Part shown: piece by piece, positions 46,989 through 56,914 of the stretch | How the letters are laid out: every line of letters begins with the position of its first letter | Position numbering within the stretch: the first letter of the stretch is position 1 | Origin: Trichomonas gallinae | Taxonomy: Eukaryota | Direction of reading: 5' to 3' | Length of the DNA: 64,000 bases | Assembly (NCBI GenBank): GCA_008369845.1 | Contig: MRSU01010611.1 | Location: 1-64,000 of the forward strand | Made by a program: the position numbers and the translations under genes | Notes under the pieces: generated by a model | Database searches by the model: none | Seen by the model: the letters and a program-made list of their open reading frames with translations, nothing else | What the model was told of the DNA's origin: nothing

Positions 46989-49124
46989 ATGATTACTCTT
47001 CCCAAGCTTCTTCTTGACGAGAACGACCTGCGATACATATTCGAGGAGAAATGCAAGGACTTCGGTCTCAAATTTACAGAAAAGTTATTCCAAAGATTCG
47101 TTAATAATCAATCGAAGAAAACATTTTCCAAGATTTTCGAAATGGAGAGCTGCTCTCTAGGACCACTCGCTGCTTACGCGGTTGCGGATATAGTATATTC
47201 ATACAATAATATCAAAGTTATCGCGATTTCAGGAAATAATATTGGCGATAAAGGCGCAGCAGCTTTTTCAACACTACTTGAATCAACATCTCGCATTATT
47301 TCTATCGATATTTCATCAAATTCGATCGGAGATCTCGGCTGCTCGCTTATTTTCAAAGCATTAAAAACAAATAAATCCGTAGTCCAGTTAAAAATCGGAA
47401 GTAGTAGCGGCGTAGCACGAAACACACTCGGAGCGAAGTCAATCCAGCAAATGCAGGAGATGTTCGCCGAGAATAAAGTTTTGTCTGAAATCGATCTTTC
47501 GATGACAGAGATAAATGCGGACACAATACAGGCAATTTCTAAAGGCCTCAAGCAAAACTCTACGATACAAGTGATAAATCTCCAAAATAACAACATGCAA
47601 ACGAAAGGATCAAATTATTTACTCAAATCTCTTGCAAATTCACAAATTCGCGAACTAAACTTCTCAAATAACCACATAGGCGATGTTTCAGCTAAAGAAT
47701 TCTCGAATTTCTTCGCAACAAACAAATCATTAGTTTCTCTTAATCTTTCAGGAAATAGCTTTACGTCAAAGTTTACAGCATCTATTGCAGAAGCTCTTGG
47801 CGCAAATACAGCTCTCACAGACTTGAATTTGAGCAAAAATAATATTGGAGGGGCAGGAATTGCTGCTCTCGGTCCATGCTTCACGACAAACGAAACATTG
47901 AAGAATTTGAATGTCAGTTTTTGTAAAATTGATGCTTCAGGCTTTGATACATTTATTGCAAACTTGAAGCAGAACAAAACTCTTCAAACACTCAATTTAG
48001 GCCACAATCCATTACGTGATGCTGGCGCACAGAAGCTTGCTCAGTTATTGAAAGTACATCCAGCACTTCATGATATTGATCTCGAATTATGCGAAATTAA
48101 CGATCCAGGCAGTGACGAATTATTCAAGATATTGGCAACATCGAAAGTTGTTGACTCAATTTCAATCAAAAATAACTTAATTAAAAATGGAATTCCGATT
48201 CAAACGTGTGTGAATGAAAATACAGGCATATTAAGCCTCAATATAGAGTTCAATGACATAGACTTCAAGCTTTTCACCGAAATCCAGCGTCAAACAAAGG
48301 CAAACATGAAAGCATGGCAAGAAGGCCACAAATCAAGGATTGAAGGCGAGCTTGATGCATTGCAGGAGTGCGAGGCCAATCTCTTCCTCACGAGGAACAA
48401 CATTTCCGAAGAGAGAAAGGAAATTGCTCAGCTGGAAGAGGCATTAGCGGCTGCAGAAGCATCATTAGTTGAAGCACAAGAGTCGAAGAAGCAGAACATC
48501 GCAAATCTCGAGCAGCAGTTCAGGGAGATCTGCGACAAATGCTCGGACCAGCTCGACAGACTGAGAGAAGAGAATGGAGCCGTTCAGCGCGAAGTAGATT
48601 TGATGTCACAGACAAAAGATTCGCTCGCGATGAACTTGGAGTCAGAAATTTCTAATTTCAAGCAATTCAACAAACAATTCGCCAAGACTAACCAGACTAT
48701 TGACGAGATGGGAACAACGACAGTCGACGAGTTGAGGAATTTGGAGATAGACCTCAAAGACAAGAAGCAGAGATACAAAGACGCTGTTTCTATTTTGACT
48801 GACGCTTATAATGCAGCAAAGGCTGCAGCTGCTGCACAGGCCGCCGCTGAGATTGCAGGAGCTGAGCCAGCAGAGGCACAACCAGCAGCTCCACCGGGAT
48901 CTTCGAAGGCAGCGTCTCGCAAGGCTGCAGCGAAGGAGGAGAAAGGCAAGAAAGGAAAAGGAAAGAAAGGCGGAAAAGGCAAGAAGGGAAAGAAAGGAGC
49001 CGACGAAAACGAGAACAAAGAACAAGTCTCTCCAGAAGCACAAGAGGCACAGCCACAAGAAGAACAGCCGCCATCTCCACCACCACAGCCAGCTGAACAG
49101 CCTCCAGCTGAAGCACAAGCATAA
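46989..49124 (+). CDS. RNI-like LRR protein with coiled-coil and Lys/Gly- and Gln/Pro-rich tail
   Basis: 28-aa LRRs (LxLSxNxIGDxGA), an E/K-rich coiled coil and a KGKKGKGKKGGKGKKGKKG tract. Confidence 0.9.
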   Translation: MITLPKLLLDENDLRYIFEEKCKDFGLKFTEKLFQRFVNNQSKKTFSKIFEMESCSLGPLAAYAVADIVYSYNNIKVIAISGNNIGDKGAAAFSTLLESTSRIISIDISSNSIGDLGCSLIFKALKTNKSVVQLKIGSSSGVARNTLGAKSIQQMQEMFAENKVLSEIDLSMTEINADTIQAISKGLKQNSTIQVINLQNNNMQTKGSNYLLKSLANSQIRELNFSNNHIGDVSAKEFSNFFATNKSLVSLNLSGNSFTSKFTASIAEALGANTALTDLNLSKNNIGGAGIAALGPCFTTNETLKNLNVSFCKIDASGFDTFIANLKQNKTLQTLNLGHNPLRDAGAQKLAQLLKVHPALHDIDLELCEINDPGSDELFKILATSKVVDSISIKNNLIKNGIPIQTCVNENTGILSLNIEFNDIDFKLFTEIQRQTKANMKAWQEGHKSRIEGELDALQECEANLFLTRNNISEERKEIAQLEEALAAAEASLVEAQESKKQNIANLEQQFREICDKCSDQLDRLREENGAVQREVDLMSQTKDSLAMNLESEISNFKQFNKQFAKTNQTIDEMGTTTVDELRNLEIDLKDKKQRYKDAVSILTDAYNAAKAAAAAQAAAEIAGAEPAEAQPAAPPGSSKAASRKAAAKEEKGKKGKGKKGGKGKKGKKGADENENKEQVSPEAQEAQPQEEQPPSPPPQPAEQPPAEAQA

Positions 49125-49414
49125 TAATACTGTTTTATAATATTTATTTTGTTTCAATTAAATCTATATTTGTTTTATAATTTCAATATCACATCAAAAA
49201 AGAATTTCATCATGATACAAAACCGATGGAAAACAATCACATATAAAAATGATATGAATTCAAAAACAAGAAATATTTAATGCAACTTCAATCATATTGA
49301 AAATTTTATAAATAATTTGATTTTTTTAACAATGTATTGCCAAGTTTAATAATAAGACTATCCTAATAACATGTTCCTTATAAATTCTGGTATGAGGTAA
49401 AGTAATTTATCGTG

Positions 49415-51364
49415 TTAATAGTCATTTTCTGCTTTCAACCCAGTCAATTCTAAGAAATGATAAATGTCTGTTTCTTTTAGCTTTGCTAATGATCTTTTTC
49501 CTATTTCATCCTTGGTATTGAGTCTCGCGCCTGAATTAATCAGTGTTATGATTGCATCAGGATGATTCATTTCTATGGCTTTATTCAATGGAGTCAGTCC
49601 CTTATTATCTTTTGCTTCGATGAAGGCACCTAACTCAACTAGTTTTAAAATCGAGTCAACACTGTTTTTAGAAGCTGCAGCAAACAAAGCTGTTGCACCA
49701 GTATTTTCTTTTGCTTCAATGTTTGCGCCTAACTCTACCAGTTTCGAAATCGAGTTAACACTATTGTTTGCAGCTGCAATAATTAATGCTGTTAGTCCAT
49801 TGTTAGTTCTTGCTTCGATATTTGCACCCAATTCATACAATTTTGAGATAGAATCAATTTTGTTGTAACCAGCTGCAACAATCAATGGTGTCAATCCATC
49901 ATTGTTTTTCGCCTCGATATTTGCTCCCAAATCGACCAAATTTGATACAGAGTCAATATGCTCGTATTCCGCTGCATATATCAATGCCGTATTTCCATCA
50001 TCATCAGCTGCTTCAATATTTGCACCCAATTCAACAAGTTGGAAAATGGAATAAATTTTATCATATCTACCTGCAACAATCAACGCTGTTTCTCCAGTAT
50101 TGTTTTTGGCTTCAATATTTGCTCCCAATTCAATCAATTTTGAAATAGCATCATCTTGATTATTTCTAGCTGCAACGATTAACGCAGTTTCACCAGTATT
50201 CTTTCTGGCTTCTATATTTGCACGAAGCTCAATCAATTTCGTAATAGCATCAATAGAATTACTTTTAGCTGCAGCAATTAGTGCTGTTTCTCCATTATCA
50301 TCGGCTGCTTCAATGCTTGCACCAAATTCAATAAGTTTTACAACCGATTCAACATTATTATGATCCGCTGCAATAATTAATGGCGTTGATCCACCATCCT
50401 CCCTGAATTGGATATCCGCACCTAGTTCAACGAGTTTTGTAATATAACAAATATTGTTGTATCTAGCTGCGTGATGCAAAGATGTGCTATTATCTGAAGG
50501 TCTATTTGTGATGAATTCAGTAATGCCGAAAAGACTCAGTTTATCATATACAGATTGTTGCTGATTTGTTAATGATGCAAGAATAAGAAATGCTTTAAGA
50601 TTCAAAGAATTTGATGCATCACTCAGAGTCCATCTTTGGTTATAATCATCATGAAGGGCTGTTATAAATTCTTCATCATTGATTAATATGCAAATATCAT
50701 TTAAATTAATTTCTTTTAGCATCTCACCGTATTCGACTATACATTCCATAATTATTTCTTTGTTTTTGCCTATGAAACTGTAGGCCAAACAATCATCTGT
50801 GAGCTCTGCATTGTGTCCACGTAAATATCTAAAACACATCAATGCTCCATGATAACTGCACCACTCTAATAATGTTCTTTGCTCGTATTCTTGGTTGACT
50901 GTTTCTTCATCAAGGATTGGGCCGAGAGTTATGGCAAAATCATTAATATTATCGTGAAGAATACAGTGCATTAGTGAGGATGACTCGTAAACGTTGAGGA
51001 TTTCATCGATTGACATTTCTTGATAATTTGACAAGTGATCTGGAATCCTAAAATTAGGTATCCTATGGTATTCTTTACAATACAAAACAGCTATATGTGA
51101 CCTTAAAAAGTGTGTTGGAGGTCTAATTTGGAAATGATTAAATATCGTCTTGAAAAGTTCCCAATATTCACGAAGATACAGTAAATTGCATTCAGCAGCA
51201 TTAGAAATAATCATTAAGACAGCAGAACTGTCCCATTTTCTTTCTGTGCAAAATTTGATCAAATCCTCTGCTAGTTGTTGACTCTCGCCCGTTTTCAGGT
51301 CATATATACGGTTATAGAACTCAATATAATCGTGATATTTTTCATTTATTAATGCTATTGACAT
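49415..51364 (-). CDS. Ankyrin repeat protein (DUF3447-type N-terminus)
   Basis: ATG at 51364 (track start is GTG), with minus-strand AAAAGTGAC at 51381-51389. TLLEWCSYHGALMCFRYL is followed by about 10 33-aa repeats GxTALIxAA...KLxELGANIEA. Confidence 0.92.
   Translation of the reverse strand: MSIALINEKYHDYIEFYNRIYDLKTGESQQLAEDLIKFCTERKWDSSAVLMIISNAAECNLLYLREYWELFKTIFNHFQIRPPTHFLRSHIAVLYCKEYHRIPNFRIPDHLSNYQEMSIDEILNVYESSSLMHCILHDNINDFAITLGPILDEETVNQEYEQRTLLEWCSYHGALMCFRYLRGHNAELTDDCLAYSFIGKNKEIIMECIVEYGEMLKEINLNDICILINDEEFITALHDDYNQRWTLSDASNSLNLKAFLILASLTNQQQSVYDKLSLFGITEFITNRPSDNSTSLHHAARYNNICYITKLVELGADIQFREDGGSTPLIIAADHNNVESVVKLIEFGASIEAADDNGETALIAAAKSNSIDAITKLIELRANIEARKNTGETALIVAARNNQDDAISKLIELGANIEAKNNTGETALIVAGRYDKIYSIFQLVELGANIEAADDDGNTALIYAAEYEHIDSVSNLVDLGANIEAKNNDGLTPLIVAAGYNKIDSISKLYELGANIEARTNNGLTALIIAAANNSVNSISKLVELGANIEAKENTGATALFAAASKNSVDSILKLVELGAFIEAKDNKGLTPLNKAIEMNHPDAIITLINSGARLNTKDEIGKRSLAKLKETDIYHFLELTGLKAENDY
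49560..50480 (-). repeat. 99-bp coding tandem repeats (ankyrin units)
   Basis: GCTTCAATATTTGC(A/T)CC-like segments recur with a 99-bp period. Boundaries are approximate. Confidence 0.8.
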
Positions 51365-51532
51365 ATGACATCGAATTTTTGTCACTTTTCATAAAGTGTC
51401 AGATGTCAAATTTTAATTTTTTTTGTCAAGTAATTAAATTTAACATGAGTATTATATAACATGCTTTTACAGATAAATACTCTAAATATTATATTATTTT
51501 ACGCGAAATGGACTTTCTGATAAATAATTTCA

Positions 51533-52258
51533 TCATAATTCATATATGATGAAAACTAGATAATTATAATCTGAATGAATAGGACAGATGCAATTAATAG
51601 TTTTATAACCGATGAGATTAGGAAGATATCTAAATAGATCGAAATTATCAACGCGAATATATAAATCATTCGTTGTTGTAGGAATCGATTCTCCATTGAT
51701 GAAAATAGGAAACCCTGGAATCATATTATCTTTTAAATAAGGCTTCCTTTCACCTATTGCATACCACCAATGATTATCAGTATCACATCCGTCAATAAAT
51801 GAATTTTCGCTATCATCAATAATCAAACCTCGAAATTTTCGTCCAGCAACGTCTAAAATATTAATATTCTCTGAGTTGACAAACTTGTATTGCATGTCAG
51901 ATATTGACGAAGAATATAATGGATGAGAACTTTGATTGAAAACCATCAAAAGATTAGGATAAGTGTCTGGGTTGTGAAATATGAAGTTATACTTACCATC
52001 GATATGGAAAAGGTAGTTAATCGAACCCAGTACACTAAATTTATCAATTTCATTGATAAATGAAATTTCATTAAATGTAACTTTCGAAGTTTTATTAAAA
52101 AACTGCTTATTCGTTGAGTTATGGTGGAATGCTCTTACGTACTTATGTCCATCATATCTAGTTACCTTATATCCTTTATGATCATGAAGAGATTCCAATG
52201 AACCTCTTCAAAAAATAGAAACCTTATATATCTCATTGGACTCTGATTAATAACACAT
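51533..52258 (-). pseudogene. WWYAIG-motif (fibrinogen-C-like) family gene with 5' nonsense codons
   Basis: The ORF begins at TTG. The same frame upstream reads ATG(52258) TGT TAT TAA ... TTT TGA AGA GGT TCA TTG, so two in-frame stops follow the only nearby in-frame ATG. The body has FHHNS, DKFSVLG, FRGL, IDG and WWYAIG motifs. Confidence 0.6.
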
Positions 52259-52479
52259 GTATTTATAACTTCACATAGACATTTTTCACTTATGTTTTTA
52301 GCAAATTCTTATGAAATGACGTAAATAATTTCATAATTTTTTTTTGATGTGCATCAATAAATGAATAAATTTGAGTATAAACAGGAAGTAGTGGATGTTT
52401 ATATCTTGTGTGTGGAAGAAAATTGGTGAAAATATTGAAAGGGGAATTTTATTAAATAAACAGGGGAATGCGTTCAGAT

Positions 52480-53247
52480 TTATTTCTTAGCACTGGCTTG
52501 ATAGTTTTTCTCCAATTCAACCATTGTTTGGGCAAGCAAACCAGCGAGATATGAAAATTGACCGGAAACAAAGGCTTGTTTTGGTGTCTTTTTCATGTGA
52601 CTGTGCTTCCACCATTTGGCAATCGTTGCACAATCACGAACGAGCTGACAATTAAATTCTTGTTTTCCAGATTGAACATCTTCGAGGTATTTCATGATAA
52701 TTTCTATGTTATTTCTTAATTCTTCGAACGCTGTTTTAGTGAATCCAATTCTATTTTCGGCTTTTCCGTCTGATTGAAGATGAATTACTGAAATTCTTTC
52801 AGGTGCTTCAGATCTGTACGAATAATCTGATTGTACCCATGATCCATCTTCCTGTGGGAGATAAACTGAGATCGAATGGTTTTCATCTTCAATATTGAAT
52901 TCAATTCTTGCATAAACATTATTCAGCAATTTTTTGAATGCATTGCTGAGCTTCTGTATCTCATTTTCATTAAGCTTTTTGGATGAATACCAAGCAATTG
53001 GAATTTCTTCGGGATAAATTTTCAAATGGTGCTGATGTTGAGGCTCAAAAGTCTCGGGATCAATAATTAAGCCATCATCACTGTCTAGCGTGATAACTTC
53101 TATTGTTGTTGTCATATCAATAGTAGATCTTTCTTGATTTCCATAAATAACGCCACATATGAATGGTATTTCTTTCTCTGAATATTTGGATCTGGTGTAA
53201 TGATCTGAAATTTGAAGTAATGCATTTGGATGAATGAAAACTTTCAT
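52480..53247 (-). CDS. MPN-minus domain protein, COP9 signalosome subunit 6-like
   Basis: VFIHPNALLQISDHYTR, CGVIYG, IAWY and APERISVIH; no JAMM His motif. Closest to the CSN6 pattern, with eIF3f or Rpn8 less likely. Confidence 0.7.
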   Translation of the reverse strand: MKVFIHPNALLQISDHYTRSKYSEKEIPFICGVIYGNQERSTIDMTTTIEVITLDSDDGLIIDPETFEPQHQHHLKIYPEEIPIAWYSSKKLNENEIQKLSNAFKKLLNNVYARIEFNIEDENHSISVYLPQEDGSWVQSDYSYRSEAPERISVIHLQSDGKAENRIGFTKTAFEELRNNIEIIMKYLEDVQSGKQEFNCQLVRDCATIAKWWKHSHMKKTPKQAFVSGQFSYLAGLLAQTMVELEKNYQASAKK

Positions 53248-53350
53248 CTTTTATGATTTTGGTAAATTTTGCCGATTTACATGTCATTTCACCAACTTAC
53301 TTTGTCATTTGTCATTTTACATGTCAAGTATTGACAAATGATTAAAACTA

Positions 53351-53790
53351 AACGAATTGATTATATAAATGCTCATAAATGAGCTTTAAAACCACATATT
53401 TATGAGTAATTTCTTGTAATATTTGGTTATTCGAATCGAAATTAATCTGAAATTGCCAAAATGTTAAGTTAAACGGATTGATTATACATATGCATACCAT
53501 TAGACTTTAATACCTCAAATTTACAAATAATTTCTCTATTTGGCCATCAGATCATGGAAAATTGCCAAACTTTTATTAATATTTTTGCTTAACGTATTGA
53601 TCATAAATATGCACTCCATTGAGCTTGTAGTTAACATATTTACAAGGAATTTCTCATTTAATCATTATATCAAAAATGTCAAATTATTTATATAATAAAC
53701 GAATTAATATTAATATCCACTCTAATAGTCTTAAATATCATATATTTACAAAGATTTTCTTTAATATCATATGAAATCATTGAATGTGAC
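53351..53790. repeat. ~110-120-bp degenerate tandem repeat x4 in a divergent promoter
   Basis: Units start AACG(A/G/T)ATT(G/A)AT at 53351, 53472, 53591 and 53698. They share ...ATGC(A/T)...CTT...ATTTA(C/T)...ATTTCT... and end in AATTGCCAAA/AATGTCAAA-like blocks. Confidence 0.75.
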
Positions 53791-53903
53791 AGAATTGAGT
53801 CGTGTTTCAAATATTCAGAAGTTTACATGTCAGTTTTAAAATGTAAACGACAAATGTATACATTTCTAAAAAGTGACTTGTTAAACGGTCATTTTTTATT
53901 TAC

Positions 53904-54242
53904 ATGTCTGACGAGAAAATCGCAGAGCTTCAGAACCTTCGTGCAGAAGTCGAGAAAGTCATGCAGTCAGTCCACGAATTCGACGAAAAGATCGAAAAAC
54001 GTAACGAAAACAGACTTCAGCTCATTCAAAAACTTAGCGAACTTCTTCCAAAGGAACAATTTGAAAAATTCGAGGCTATCCTCAACAAGACAGTTGATGC
54101 AGTCCGCCCAGCACCAGATCCAGCTGGAATTCCACCACTTCAGATCGACGAAGAAAATCCACTTGAGAGTCTTCGTAAGATTCGCCTCCAAATCGCCCAC
54201 GATGTTTGTGCCGTTATGGGTGTTGAGGCTCCAACAATCTAA
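53904..54242 (+). CDS. Small coiled-coil hypothetical protein
   Basis: 112 aa with coding-like composition; AAAAGTGAC at 53869 and Inr TCATTTT at 53889. Confidence 0.8.
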   Translation: MSDEKIAELQNLRAEVEKVMQSVHEFDEKIEKRNENRLQLIQKLSELLPKEQFEKFEAILNKTVDAVRPAPDPAGIPPLQIDEENPLESLRKIRLQIAHDVCAVMGVEAPTI

Positions 54243-54590
54243 ATTCGATAATATTTGATTTGAATAAACGTATTTGTAAAATCGAAGCTTCACATCTATA
54301 TTTTTACTAAGTCAACAAACATTACTTCCATATTATTTCATTATTATAGGTTATTTCATTCTAATTTTTAATCAAATTTGAAAACATTAGAGTTATGTGG
54401 CCATTTTGGCGATAAATATGTTAATTAGACAATAATGATGTCTATGTCATGCTTGTTTTGGACGCACTCAGTTATTTAAAAAATTAGTCAGATTTTGACA
54501 CTTTACATGACATATTTTAGAACTGATAACTTTACATAACAAAAATTTTCTATAAAATAAAACGTGACAGTTTTTGAAAAAAATAAAAAA

Positions 54591-54953
54591 ATGTGTCGAG
54601 AAGTTGATGAAACTTCAAAGGAGGAGAAATCAAAGCAATCCCCAAAGCGTCCTGTCGAAAAGCCAGCCACGCCACACAAGCCAAAAGTATCAGATGAATA
54701 CTCGGATGATCACACATCATCAGAAGATTCGGATGAAAAGTTCGACAGAAAGACTCCTGCTCCTATTTGGCTCACACCTGATGTAACAGCACAGAATCCA
54801 CCACCTCTCGTATACGGAAATGATACTTTCGGACGAAATCCACTGTTATTAAGTTCATCTGATGGACTCGGCGGATTTGAGTGTCATGATTACTTCCAAG
54901 ATACTTTCGATTCATCTGTGGATGAAAAAATCGATAGAATGCCTTTAGATTAA
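54591..54953 (+). CDS. Small disordered hypothetical protein
   Basis: ATG at 54591 after an A-tract (track start is GTG); 120 aa, S/D/E/K/P-rich. Confidence 0.75.
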   Translation: MCREVDETSKEEKSKQSPKRPVEKPATPHKPKVSDEYSDDHTSSEDSDEKFDRKTPAPIWLTPDVTAQNPPPLVYGNDTFGRNPLLLSSSDGLGGFECHDYFQDTFDSSVDEKIDRMPLD

Positions 54954-55200
54954 TTAACTTTTTTGTTGTTATTGATTTATTTAAATATATATTCGATTAG
55001 AAAACCACTACATACATATTACGTTACATAGTAGTCGATTCAATGCTTTTCTGTCAATATTTTGATAGATATCAAAGAATTTAATTTTTTTATAGAAGAA
55101 CTCATCTTATAATACGAGCAATATTCATTTTTAGGCTGAGTGCTTTTGAGTAATCATATTTTTACTTAAAGAAACAAACAAATAATTATAATTCTTATTA

Positions 55201-56388
55201 TTATGTTTTTGGAAGCTCAACTTTTCTCCAATCGAGATCTGAGTCGTCGCTGTTCAGTTGGTCTTTCGATACTGCCGAACATCCCGCTTCAGCTAATTGT
55301 TTCTTGAGATTTTGGATTTTCGCTTGCTTTCTATCGAGAATATCCAGGTAAATCTCGGTTAAAACAGAATAATTAGTTGGAGAAAGCTGGATTTGAATTC
55401 TCAATTTGTTATCTGGGGAAATAAATCCTTCTTTCGTAACAGTATCGAGAAGTGCAAGCCTATTCCATCCCCATGAGTCCAAGTTCTGGAATTCAGACAC
55501 GAAATGACGCTCCAAAATTATATCTTTCGATGGATGAATAATTGAAACTTGATAATTAAACTTGAAAGGACGATCAAAGCCGCGCAACACTTCTAAGAAC
55601 ATCGAAATATGGGTGTTAGTACCGTTGCAGTTGCCCTGAGGATAAAGTTTTCCTCTCCATTTCGCTCCGTAGGCTTTAAACTCGGGCGTGTAGATGTATG
55701 GGCGTTCCATTGGCGGAGAGGCAAGAATTTCAGTAAAATCAGGCAGATCGAAGTCGAATTTGACTTCTTTGGGGAGAATAAAATTAGTTTCTGGAAATGT
55801 TTGGTGTTCGTGTACAAATGGTGGGGGATTCTTAGCAAACTCTTCGATTTTATTCACGATATCAGCTGATCCAATGAAAACACCGACATCGTTCGTTGTG
55901 ATAATTGCGCTGGCCATGTCAACAGCTTTTTCGGCCTTGTCGACGAGAGTGTCTATGCAAGAGGCTTCTTCTAGTAGCTTCTTTTCATCTTGCGTGTAAA
56001 GATTGTCGAGATTTTTCTGAAAATCGTGGAATGAAGAATAAAGAGCCATAAACATTTCGTTTTTCTGCTTCTCGAGCTGCTCTGCTGTACTTGGGGATGA
56101 TCTAACTTGCTTTGTTATGTTTTCTTTCAGTGCTTTTGCTTTTTCTAACTCTTCTTTAAGCTTGTCTATGGCTTCTTGCTTCTTATCCACAACTTTATCG
56201 ATCTTGTGATTCGAATGTTGCTTCACTGATGCAGTAAACTCTTCGAAAAGACAATCAGCGCACAATTTTTTGTTGCACTGCACGCAAAGAAACTCGTATT
56301 TCTTGTTGTGCTTCGGGCAAATAGTGTTCTGGTCACTGTCCTCATCGTTTTTCGACGACATCCTCAACTGGCTCCCTGCTCTTCTCAT
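55201..56388 (-). CDS. B-box + coiled-coil + MATH/TRAF protein (TRIM37-like, no RING)
   Basis: B-box CPKH...FLCVQC...LCADC...HSNH, then MATH motifs WRGKLYPQGN, HISMFLEV and SWGWNR. Confidence 0.88.
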   Translation of the reverse strand: MRRAGSQLRMSSKNDEDSDQNTICPKHNKKYEFLCVQCNKKLCADCLFEEFTASVKQHSNHKIDKVVDKKQEAIDKLKEELEKAKALKENITKQVRSSPSTAEQLEKQKNEMFMALYSSFHDFQKNLDNLYTQDEKKLLEEASCIDTLVDKAEKAVDMASAIITTNDVGVFIGSADIVNKIEEFAKNPPPFVHEHQTFPETNFILPKEVKFDFDLPDFTEILASPPMERPYIYTPEFKAYGAKWRGKLYPQGNCNGTNTHISMFLEVLRGFDRPFKFNYQVSIIHPSKDIILERHFVSEFQNLDSWGWNRLALLDTVTKEGFISPDNKLRIQIQLSPTNYSVLTEIYLDILDRKQAKIQNLKKQLAEAGCSAVSKDQLNSDDSDLDWRKVELPKT

Positions 56389-56914
56389 TTTTTTTTAAAA
56401 AATTGTTAACGCAAGGGGCAGACAAATAAAAACAGGGGAACCGTTCCTAATTTTGGTAAGTTTCTCAAATGAACACAAAAACATACACTGTGTAACACAT
56501 ATTACTAGAATATTTAATCATTTTTATGAAATTTTGCAGTTTAAGGTATCTTAATCATAATATCATATTTTTGTTCTATGAACATGATATATAAATGAAA
56601 ATAAGCCGAAATACTGTTTAACATAAGTAGAAAATTTATTTCAAATTTTTGCAAAAAAATAATATTAGAATTCATAATGTATTCTCTATTTAAATTCTTT
56701 CATTAGAAAAGTTTTAGCCAATTTCAATACTAGACTTAGTCAAACACATGATGATACCAAAATAATTTTTTTATTTCGATACCAAATGGAATTGTAAAGA
56801 AAATATTTGCATCATATCAAAGAAAACAGACAAAATTTCAAAATCTTTCTTTAATTAATTGAATACAAGTTTTATATAAAATAATATTAAAATTCGCTTA
56901 CATGAAAAAGTTCC

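Noticed and set aside
48584..49157. Several antisense and alternate-frame ORFs over the LRR gene tail, and similar shadow ORFs over RuvBL2, Sec7, GP63 and ankyrin genes
   Set aside because: These are by-products of codon bias and low-complexity sequence in real genes, with no independent domain signal.
52199..52258. Stop-codon reassignment as an explanation for in-frame TAA/TGA
   Set aside because: TAA, TAG and TGA all terminate intact genes elsewhere in the window, so the standard code applies.
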